A stretch of 64,000 nucleotides of DNA. Source: Deltaproteobacteria bacterium RBG_13_43_22 (GTDB lineage Bacteria > Desulfobacterota > RBG-13-43-22). Location of the stretch: assembly GCA_001797675.1 (NCBI GenBank), contig MGQB01000001.1, positions 248,816 through 312,815 on the forward strand, in the 5' to 3' direction. The first letter of the stretch is position 1, and each line of letters opens with the position of its first letter. The notes below the pieces were generated by a model. It ran no database searches and was not told the origin of the DNA. It saw only the letters and a list, made by a program, of their open reading frames with translations. Positions 56,201-64,000 of the stretch are shown one piece after another. The position numbers and the translations under genes were made by a program.

Positions 56201-57340
56201 ATGAAAGCGATATTGGTATTAGAAGACGGGACTGTATTTCCGGCCCGATCCTTCACCGGACCCGGGGAAGCCGAAGGGGAATGTGTGTTTAATACGGCCA
56301 TGACCGGATATCAGGAAGTCCTGACCGACCCTTCTTATAAAGGTCAGTTGGTAACCATGACCTATCCCTTGATCGGAAACTACGGAATCAACAACCAGGA
56401 TGTTGAATCGGACCGGATTCAGGTTGAAGCCTTTCTGGTCAAAGAATACCTGCCCTTCCCGAGCAACTTTCGATCTCAAGCCCCTTTATCCGACTATCTG
56501 AAAAAAAGCAAGGTCCTGGGCCTGGAAGGGTTAGACACAAGGGCCTTGACCCGGCATCTTAGAAACTATGGGGCCATGCGGGTAGTCGCCTCTACAGAAA
56601 ACCTTGATCCTGATATTCTGATCAAAAGGGCCAAGGCCATCCCGATCATGCTCGGTCTGGGATTGGTGGATCAGGTCACGACCGATCGGCCTTTTCTCTG
56701 GTCTCAGGAGAAAAAAATTCCTGTTCCTGAGGATCAAAGGGAAACCCCCTGGAAGGGGAACGGCTCCTCCTATAAAGTAGTGGTTCTGGATTGCGGGGTC
56801 AAATTCAATATCCTGCGAAGTTTAGAGCGACGGGGCTGTCAGGTTCTGGTCCTCCCTGCCCAGACCCCGGCCCAGGAAATATTATCGTTTGAGCCTGACG
56901 GCCTGCTGCTTTCCAACGGCCCAGGGGATCCAGCGGCCAATCCGGGAATCGTCCGAACCGTTCAAAACCTGCTGGGCCGGCTGCCCATCTTTGGTATATG
57001 CCTGGGCCATCAGATCGTTGGATTGGCCTTGGGCGGAACCACTTTTAAACTCAAATTCGGACACCGAGGAGCCAACCAGCCGGTCAAATATTTGAAGACC
57101 GGCCGGGTGGAGATCACCTCTCAAAATCACGGCTTTTCCGTAGACATCCCATCCATGAACGATCCGGATGTGGAATTGACCCACATTAACTTGAATGATC
57201 AAACCCTGGAAGGGCTGGAGCATAAGCGAATCCCTCTTTTTTCCGTCCAGTATCATCCCGAGGCCTCTCCCGGCCCTCATGATGCCTCTTATTTATTTGA
57301 TCATTTCCTGTCCCTCATGGGGAAAAACCGGAGAAAATAG
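56201..57340 (+). CDS. carA: Carbamoyl-phosphate synthase small (glutaminase) subunit
   Basis: The MKAILVLEDGTVF start, the GATase triad context GICLGHQ, and the HPE motif are present. Confidence 0.95.
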   Translation: MKAILVLEDGTVFPARSFTGPGEAEGECVFNTAMTGYQEVLTDPSYKGQLVTMTYPLIGNYGINNQDVESDRIQVEAFLVKEYLPFPSNFRSQAPLSDYLKKSKVLGLEGLDTRALTRHLRNYGAMRVVASTENLDPDILIKRAKAIPIMLGLGLVDQVTTDRPFLWSQEKKIPVPEDQRETPWKGNGSSYKVVVLDCGVKFNILRSLERRGCQVLVLPAQTPAQEILSFEPDGLLLSNGPGDPAANPGIVRTVQNLLGRLPIFGICLGHQIVGLALGGTTFKLKFGHRGANQPVKYLKTGRVEITSQNHGFSVDIPSMNDPDVELTHINLNDQTLEGLEHKRIPLFSVQYHPEASPGPHDASYLFDHFLSLMGKNRRK

Positions 57341-57343
57341 TCC

Positions 57344-60300
57344 ATGCCTAAACGAACCGACATTCAAAAAATACTGATTATCGGCTCCGGACCGATCATC
57401 ATCAGTCAAGCCTGTGAATTTGATTATTCAGGCACCCAGGCCTGCAAGGCCTTGCGGGAGGAAGGTTTTGAAATCGTCCTGGTCAACAGCAACCCGGCCA
57501 CGATCATGACCGACCCGGAGATGGCCCATAGAACCTATATCGAACCGGTCACCCCGGAAATCGTGGCCAAGATCATCGAACGGGAACGCCCTCAGGCCCT
57601 CTTGCCGACCTTGGGCGGGCAGACCGGTCTTAACACCGCTGTCGCCGTAGCCGAGATGGGGGTTTTGGACCATTTCGGCGTAGAAATGATCGGGGCCTCG
57701 ATACCGGTGATTAAAAAGGCCGAGGACCGAGATGAGTTCCGGCGGGCCATGTGGAAGATCGGGTTGCGGGTACCGGAAAGTGTTATTGTCACCAGTTTGG
57801 AGGAGGCCCGCGCTCAGGCCGAAATAATCGGCTTCCCGAATATCATTCGTCCCAGCTTTACCCTGGGAGGGACCGGCGGTGGAGTGGCCTATAACCGGGA
57901 GGAATTCGAACGTTTGGTGACCTCCGGACTTGAGGCCAGCATGATCCACCAGGTTATGCTGGAGGAATCGGTCCTGGGCTGGAAGGAATATGAACTGGAG
58001 GTCATGCGGGATTTCAAGGACAATGTGGTCATCATCTGTTCCATTGAAAACTTCGATCCTATGGGTGTCCATACCGGGGATTCCATTACCGTGGCCCCGG
58101 CCCAGACCCTGACCGACAAAGAATACCAAACAATGCGGGATGCCTCCCTGGCTGTAATCCGCGAGATCGGGGTGGAGACCGGGGGATCGAATATCCAATT
58201 TGCCGTTCATCCTGGAACCGGGGAGATGGTGGTCATTGAAATGAATCCCCGAGTGTCCCGTTCCTCGGCCCTGGCTTCCAAGGCCACGGGTTTTCCTATT
58301 GCCAAGATCGCCGCCAAATTGGCCGTGGGCTATACACTGGATGAGATCCCTAATGATATCACCAAGGAGACCATGGCCTCTTTTGAACCGACCATTGATT
58401 ACTGTGTGGTCAAAATCCCGCGCTGGACCTTTGAAAAGTTTCCCGGTTCGGAAGATTACCTGACCACCTCAATGAAATCCGTAGGCGAGATCATGGCCAT
58501 TGGCCGGACTTTTAAAGAGGCTCTGCAAAAAGGGATCCGCTCCCTGGAAATCGGAAGATTCGGGTTTGGGGCCGACGGAAAGGATCTCTTTCAGATCCCT
58601 TTGGATGAAATCCACAAAAAACTCCGCCAGCCCAATTCACAACGGATTTTTTACCTGAGGGCAGCTTTGGAAGCAGGGATGTCCGTCGAAGAGATTCGCG
58701 ATCTGACCTGGATAGACCCTTGGTTTCTCCATAACCTGTCCCAGATTTTGGCCATGGAGAAAACGTTGGCCGGACAGACCATGGAAACTCTGACACCGGA
58801 ATTGCTGCGACAGGCCAAGGAATACGGTTTTTCCGATGTGCAGCTCGGCTATTTGCTAAAGGTGCCTCCTGCGGAAATATTTGAGAAAAGAAAAAAACTC
58901 GAGATGCTTCCGGCCTACAAATTAGTGGATACCTGTGCTGCCGAATTCGAGGCCTATACCCCCTATTATTATTCGACCTATGAGCTGGAAGACGAGTCCC
59001 GGGCTTCGGAAAAAGAACGGATCATGATCCTCGGCGGCGGCCCTAACCGGATCGGGCAGGGGATCGAATTCGACTATTGCTGTGTCCATGCTTCGCTGAC
59101 GGCCAGGGAGGAGGGCTATACCAGCATCATGGTCAACAGTAATCCGGAAACGGTCAGCACGGACTATGATATTTCCGACAAACTGTATTTTGAACCCCTC
59201 ACCCATGAAGATGTCTATCATATTATCGACCGGGAAAAACCAAAGGGGGTCATCGTTCAGTTCGGAGGCCAAACTCCTTTGAATCTCGCTGTGGGTCTTC
59301 AAGCGGCCTCGGCCCCGATCATCGGCACTTCACCGGACAGTATCGACCGGGCCGAAGATCGGGAACGCTTCAAAAAATTGTTGAAAAAGTTGGGTTTGCT
59401 TCAGCCGGAAAACGGGACGGCCTTTACCACCCAGGAAGCCCTGGCCGTTGCCGAAACGATCGGCTATCCTGTGGTTGTCCGGCCTTCTTATGTCCTGGGC
59501 GGCCGGGCCATGGAGATTGTTTATGAGCCGGCGGCCCTGGAAATCTTTATGGCCAAAGCGGTTCTGGTCTCACCGGGTCATCCTATCCTGATCGATAAGT
59601 TTCTGGAAGAGGCCATTGAAATCGACGTGGACGCCGTTTCCGACGGGCAAAAGTCCTTGATCTGCGGGATTATGGAACATATTGAAGAGGCGGGGATCCA
59701 TTCCGGTGATAGTGCCTGCGTCCTGCCCCCTTATACGCTCAAAGCGGATCAGATTGACCGGATTAAATCCAATACCTATGCCTTGGCCCGGGAATTGGGG
59801 GTTCAGGGGCTCATGAATATTCAATATGCGATTAAAGGCGATACTCTCTATGTCCTGGAGGTCAATCCCCGGGCTTCGCGGACGATCCCCTTTGTCAGTA
59901 AGGCCACAGGTATTCCTTGGGCCAAGGTGGCTACCCGGGTGATGCTGGGCCTGACCCTGGAATCGCAAGGGTTGAGTGAAGAGATTGTTCCTGCCCATAT
60001 TTCGGTCAAGGAATCGGTATTCCCCTTCTTACGTTTTCCTGGAGTGGATACGCTGCTTGGTCCGGAGATGAAGTCGACCGGAGAGGTCATGGGCATTGAT
60101 CAAAATTTCGGCCTGGCCTTTGCCAAATCGCAGTTGGCCGCCGGCGTCGATCTGCCCCTGACCGGTACGGTCTTTATCAGTGTCAAAGACCAGGATAAAA
60201 AAATGATTTTATCCACGGCCCAAAAGCTCTATAATCTGGGTTTTAAAATCATGGCCACCGCCGGGACTTCACAATTTTTGGACCGGGCCGGGTTTCCCAA

Positions 60301-60565
60301 CCAAAAAGTCAACAAGGTCCGGGAAGGAAGGCCTCATGTGGTCGACCTCATAAAAAATGGAGAGATTCAATTGGTCATCAACACCACCATTGGTTCTAAA
60401 AGCGTTTCTGAATCCGCCTCCATCCGGCAGACCGCTCTCGTTAACCAGATCCCTTATACCACCACGGTGGCCGGGGCCAGGGCCACGGCCGAGGCGATTG
60501 AAGCCCTGCAGCAAAAAAAACTTTCCGTAAGAACCATACAGGAGTATCATACGGATCTGAAATAA
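57344..60565 (+). CDS. carB: Carbamoyl-phosphate synthase large subunit
   Basis: 1073 aa with duplicated ATP-grasp halves and a C-terminal MGS-like domain. Confidence 0.97.
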   Translation: MPKRTDIQKILIIGSGPIIISQACEFDYSGTQACKALREEGFEIVLVNSNPATIMTDPEMAHRTYIEPVTPEIVAKIIERERPQALLPTLGGQTGLNTAVAVAEMGVLDHFGVEMIGASIPVIKKAEDRDEFRRAMWKIGLRVPESVIVTSLEEARAQAEIIGFPNIIRPSFTLGGTGGGVAYNREEFERLVTSGLEASMIHQVMLEESVLGWKEYELEVMRDFKDNVVIICSIENFDPMGVHTGDSITVAPAQTLTDKEYQTMRDASLAVIREIGVETGGSNIQFAVHPGTGEMVVIEMNPRVSRSSALASKATGFPIAKIAAKLAVGYTLDEIPNDITKETMASFEPTIDYCVVKIPRWTFEKFPGSEDYLTTSMKSVGEIMAIGRTFKEALQKGIRSLEIGRFGFGADGKDLFQIPLDEIHKKLRQPNSQRIFYLRAALEAGMSVEEIRDLTWIDPWFLHNLSQILAMEKTLAGQTMETLTPELLRQAKEYGFSDVQLGYLLKVPPAEIFEKRKKLEMLPAYKLVDTCAAEFEAYTPYYYSTYELEDESRASEKERIMILGGGPNRIGQGIEFDYCCVHASLTAREEGYTSIMVNSNPETVSTDYDISDKLYFEPLTHEDVYHIIDREKPKGVIVQFGGQTPLNLAVGLQAASAPIIGTSPDSIDRAEDRERFKKLLKKLGLLQPENGTAFTTQEALAVAETIGYPVVVRPSYVLGGRAMEIVYEPAALEIFMAKAVLVSPGHPILIDKFLEEAIEIDVDAVSDGQKSLICGIMEHIEEAGIHSGDSACVLPPYTLKADQIDRIKSNTYALARELGVQGLMNIQYAIKGDTLYVLEVNPRASRTIPFVSKATGIPWAKVATRVMLGLTLESQGLSEEIVPAHISVKESVFPFLRFPGVDTLLGPEMKSTGEVMGIDQNFGLAFAKSQLAAGVDLPLTGTVFISVKDQDKKMILSTAQKLYNLGFKIMATAGTSQFLDRAGFPNQKVNKVREGRPHVVDLIKNGEIQLVINTTIGSKSVSESASIRQTALVNQIPYTTTVAGARATAEAIEALQQKKLSVRTIQEYHTDLK

Positions 60566-60646
60566 AAGTCCGATTCCGGAAGCAGATTCCCGATGTTTTT
60601 CATTGGGTGTCCGGCATGGACATCAGCAGAAAATAGTTCAAAGGCT

Positions 60647-62056
60647 ATGACAATGGATATTTTCGACGATCGACCATTAAAAGAGGAATGCGGCATTTTC
60701 GGGATTTTTGGCCATCCGGATGCTGCCAAACTAACCTATTTCGGTTTATATGCCTTGCAACACCGAGGGGAAGAGAGCGCCGGTATCGTCATTTCCGACG
60801 GCACCCAGGTTCGGGAACAAAGAGGAATGGGTCTGGTGGCCGATGTTTTTAATGAACAAAGCCTCTCCGCCCTTCAGGGAAACTTGGCTATCGGGCATGT
60901 ACGCTATTCCACTACGGGTTCTTCCATGTTAAAAAATGCCCAGCCCTTCCTGGTCTCCCATGGAGGATTGGCTCTGGCCATTGCTCACAATGGAAACCTG
61001 ACCAACGCCCACGAACTGCGCCGGGGATTAGAAAAGAAAGGGGCTATCTTTCAATCCACCATGGATAGCGAGATATTTATCCATCTCATCGCCCATGGGT
61101 TGACCCAGGGATTTGAAACGGCCCTGATTCAGGCCTTATCCCAGGTTCAGGGGGCGTATTCCATGCTCCTTTTAACTCAAGATCAAATCATCGGGGCCCG
61201 GGACCCAAACGGGTTTCGCCCGTTATGCCTGGGGAGATTGAACGGGTCTTATGTGCTGGCTTCCGAGACCTGTGCCCTAGATCTTGTGGAGGCCCAATAC
61301 GTGCGGGATATTGAACCCGGCGAAATCATTTTTATCAACAAGAACGGTCTTCGCTCTGTCAAGTCGGCTGCTAAGGTCCCGAAGTCTTTTTGCATCTTCG
61401 AATTCATTTATTTTGCCCGGCCGGACAGTTATATCTTCGGCCAGAATGTTTATCAGATCCGGAAGCGACTGGGTCAGATGCTGGCCAAGGAATTCCAACC
61501 CCAGGGGGATCTGACCATGCCCTTCCCGGATTCCGGGAATTACGCCGCCCTGGGTTTTGCCGAGGCCTCCAACATCCCTTTTGAAATGGGGGTTATCCGC
61601 AATCATTATGTGGGACGAACCTTTATTCAGCCCTCTCAGAGTATGCGGGATTTCGGGGTCCGGGTCAAACTCAATCCGGTCCGCTCGGTACTGAAAGGAA
61701 AACGGGTGGTCATCATCGAAGATTCCATAATCCGCGGGACCACCAGCCGCACCCGGGTTCAAGCCGTTCGTGCCGCCGGAGCCAGGGAAATTCATATGCT
61801 GGTCAGCTGCCCCCCGCATCAATTTCCTTGTTTTTACGGAATCGATTTTTCTACCAAAGGGGAGTTGATCGCCAGCCACCATTCCGTGGAGGAAATCAGG
61901 AAATATTTAGGTTTGGATGGGTTGGGATATCTAAGTGTCGACGGGATGGTTTCGGCCACCGGTCTGCCGGAGTCCAACTTTTGTCTGGCCTGTTTTAACG
62001 GCCAATACCCGGTTGAACCGGATACGACCTTTAACAAGCTTTGTTTGGAAAGGTAA
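60647..62056 (+). CDS. purF: Amidophosphoribosyltransferase
   Basis: A propeptide is followed by the Ntn Cys (ECGIFGIFG) and a PRT motif VVIIEDSIIRGTT. The start is chosen at ATG 60647 rather than the ORF-track 60593. Confidence 0.93.
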   Translation: MTMDIFDDRPLKEECGIFGIFGHPDAAKLTYFGLYALQHRGEESAGIVISDGTQVREQRGMGLVADVFNEQSLSALQGNLAIGHVRYSTTGSSMLKNAQPFLVSHGGLALAIAHNGNLTNAHELRRGLEKKGAIFQSTMDSEIFIHLIAHGLTQGFETALIQALSQVQGAYSMLLLTQDQIIGARDPNGFRPLCLGRLNGSYVLASETCALDLVEAQYVRDIEPGEIIFINKNGLRSVKSAAKVPKSFCIFEFIYFARPDSYIFGQNVYQIRKRLGQMLAKEFQPQGDLTMPFPDSGNYAALGFAEASNIPFEMGVIRNHYVGRTFIQPSQSMRDFGVRVKLNPVRSVLKGKRVVIIEDSIIRGTTSRTRVQAVRAAGAREIHMLVSCPPHQFPCFYGIDFSTKGELIASHHSVEEIRKYLGLDGLGYLSVDGMVSATGLPESNFCLACFNGQYPVEPDTTFNKLCLER

Positions 62057-62067
62057 ATTTGACGGCC

Positions 62068-63045
62068 ATGCTGTTGGATGACGCCAGAGAAGTTTTGGAA
62101 ATCGAAGCCCAGGGGATATTAAATCTCATTCCCAAATTGGGCCCCGGATTTGAAATGGCCGTCGAGGCCATCTATCGCCTCAAAGGACGGGTGATTCTTA
62201 CCGGGATCGGCAAGACGGGGATCGTGGCTCGGAAGATCGTGGCCACCTTAAACAGTACCGGGACCCCGGCCCTATTTTTACACTCGGGAGAGGCCATGCA
62301 TGGAGATTTGGGTATGGTCACCTCTAGGGATATCGTCCTGGCTGTTTCCAACAGCGGTGAGACCGCGGAGCTTAATAGTATCCTGCCCAGCATTAAAAAA
62401 ATCGGAGCCAAACTGATTTCATTTGTCGGAAATCCTGAATCAACCCTGGCCAAACAAAGTGACCTGGTGCTCGATGTCGGAGTGGAAAAGGAGGCCTGTC
62501 CCCTAGGACTGGCTCCAACGGCCAGTACCACCGCCGCCCTGGCTATGGGAGACGCCCTGGCCGTGGCCTTGATTAAACGGCGGCAGTTCAATCAACAGGA
62601 CTTTAGACGGTTTCATCCCGGGGGAAGCCTCGGAGAACGGCTGGCCGTCAAGGTTTCCGCAGTCATGCTCACGGGGGAGCAGATACCTTTAGTGTCTCCC
62701 AAACAAACCTTATTTGAAGCCATTGAGGAGATGGATGCCAAAGACCTGGGGGCCACCCTGGTGGTGGACCATGCCCAGAAATTAATGGGTATTTTGACCG
62801 ATGGTGATTTAAGAAGACTCTTTAAACGAAAAACACCCCTTAAACAAACCCTGACCGGGCAAGTCATGACCCCCGATCCGAAGTCTATTTCGCCCGAGGT
62901 CCAGGCCTCTGAGGCACTGGAGATGATGGAACAATATCTGATCACCATCCTGCCGATTGTTGACTCGCAAAAGCGGGTTGTGGGTGTTCTGCATCTTCAC
63001 GACTTGCTGGGAAAAGGGGAGTTTAAATTCAGTTTCAGGGAGTGA
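62068..63045 (+). CDS. kdsD: Arabinose-5-phosphate isomerase (KdsD/KpsF; SIS + tandem CBS)
   Basis: GIGKTGIVARKIVATLNSTGTPALFLH (SIS domain) and a C-terminal CBS pair. The start at ATG 62068 avoids overlap with purF. Confidence 0.88.
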   Translation: MLLDDAREVLEIEAQGILNLIPKLGPGFEMAVEAIYRLKGRVILTGIGKTGIVARKIVATLNSTGTPALFLHSGEAMHGDLGMVTSRDIVLAVSNSGETAELNSILPSIKKIGAKLISFVGNPESTLAKQSDLVLDVGVEKEACPLGLAPTASTTAALAMGDALAVALIKRRQFNQQDFRRFHPGGSLGERLAVKVSAVMLTGEQIPLVSPKQTLFEAIEEMDAKDLGATLVVDHAQKLMGILTDGDLRRLFKRKTPLKQTLTGQVMTPDPKSISPEVQASEALEMMEQYLITILPIVDSQKRVVGVLHLHDLLGKGEFKFSFRE

Positions 63046-63048
63046 ATC

Positions 63049-64000
63049 TTGGAATCTTTTGATTATTTAACTGAGGAAGATACGGCCATTGAGACCCTGG
63101 GGTCGCCCAAGATCGATTCTCCCGTACAATGCATCACCATTCAAGGACAAGAGATCGGGCAGTTCCCCTGCAGAAATTTTGTTACCGAAGATGATCGGGT
63201 GGTGATTGATAATTCCCAAAAATATTTTTTGGAGTGTTTTGAAAAAGGAAAGTCCCCTCTTTCCTTTGAAAAGGCCGGCCCGCGTCAGAAAATCTATTTC
63301 GATCCTAATAAGATAAAATGTGCCATTGTCACCGCCGGCGGCCTCTGCCCGGGACTGAATGATGTCATTCGTTCCATTGTTCTGGAACTGTACTATATTT
63401 ACGGAGTGGACAATGTGATCGGTATCCCTTATGGGTACCAAGGCTTTATCCCCCAATACGGTCATCCGGTTATTGATCTGACCCCGGAACGGGTTTCCTA
63501 TATTCATGAGCGGGGGGGGACGATCCTCGCCTCTTCCAGGGGACAATACAAGACCGAAGAAATCGTGGATGCCCTGCAACAACTGAATATTAACATCCTC
63601 TTCACCATTGGAGGGGACGGCACCTTGCGGGGGGCACAACAGATTTACAGGGAAATCGAAAAGCGGGGGCTGATCACCTCGATTATCGGTATCCCGAAGA
63701 CCATTGACAATGATATCTCCTGGGTGGAAAAGTCCTTCGGCTACGAAACGGCGGTGGAAGATGCCGCCAAGGTGCTTCGCAGCGCCCATGTCGAAGCCGT
63801 AGGGGCCCCCAATGGGATCGGTATGGTCAAGCTCATGGGACGCTATTCCGGCTTTATCGCCGCCAGTGCCGCCCTGGCCTCCCGGGAAGTCAATTTTGTA
63901 TTGATTCCGGAATCGGATTTTGATTTGGAAGGTCCTGGAGGATTATTGATTGCCTTGGAAAAACGATTGGAAAAAAGAGGCCATGCCGTCATTGTGGTTG
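63049..64000 (+). CDS. pfkA: 6-phosphofructokinase (PfkA family, long N-terminal type); 3' end beyond the window
   Basis: It is absent from the ORF track because it is truncated. The manual frame from TTG 63049 reads ...KIKCAIVTAGGLCPGLNDVIRS...FTIGGDGTLRGA...IPKTIDNDI...MGRYSGFIA. ATP versus PPi specificity is not decidable by eye. Confidence 0.85.
   Translation, partial: MESFDYLTEEDTAIETLGSPKIDSPVQCITIQGQEIGQFPCRNFVTEDDRVVIDNSQKYFLECFEKGKSPLSFEKAGPRQKIYFDPNKIKCAIVTAGGLCPGLNDVIRSIVLELYYIYGVDNVIGIPYGYQGFIPQYGHPVIDLTPERVSYIHERGGTILASSRGQYKTEEIVDALQQLNINILFTIGGDGTLRGAQQIYREIEKRGLITSIIGIPKTIDNDISWVEKSFGYETAVEDAAKVLRSAHVEAVGAPNGIGMVKLMGRYSGFIAASAALASREVNFVLIPESDFDLEGPGGLLIALEKRLEKRGHAVIVV

Overview
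The window looks like ordinary chromosome at roughly 50% GC. Gene content suggests a strictly anaerobic Desulfobacterota/Syntrophia-like bacterium: AhbA/B-like protein, HgdAB-like dehydratase pair, pyruvoyl arginine decarboxylase, AbfD, FprA plus rubredoxin, NifS/NifU, and an FTR-like reductase. This taxonomic placement is inference only. I can support about 60 protein-coding genes. I recognised no rRNA, tRNA, CRISPR array, transposase or integrase. Housekeeping blocks are rho-rpmE-DUF1385-prfA-prmC-murA, rluD/PIN-TRAM/carD/rlmD, ndk, nifS-nifU, gcvH, dsbD, and waaA-carA-carB-purF-kdsD-pfk. More accessory-looking content includes: (i) an activator-less 2-hydroxyacyl-CoA-dehydratase-like pair next to a Liv-type ABC transporter with an embedded acyl-CoA ligase; (ii) a pdaD-speB-deoxyhypusine-synthase-like polyamine operon; (iii) AbfD plus a MetE-like protein; and (iv) a rubredoxin/PAS-kinase/FprA cluster. 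The most unusual locus is a solitary 1220-aa ORF (22242..25904, minus). It fuses an N-terminal TIR domain, a class III cyclase-homology domain that has lost key catalytic residues, a STAND/AAA_16 P-loop NTPase and a long TPR array. This NLR/Avs-like architecture is my best candidate for an undescribed defence or signalling system. The intergenic DNA is also unusually rich in hairpin-forming elements built from stuttered 8-10 nt words. These include a five-copy GGATTCAAGG family, a two-copy ~85-nt element sharing a 21-nt exact core, and 38-nt direct repeats bracketing the comEC + TIR-STAND block. Protein calls rest on motif recognition by eye. No database searches were run.
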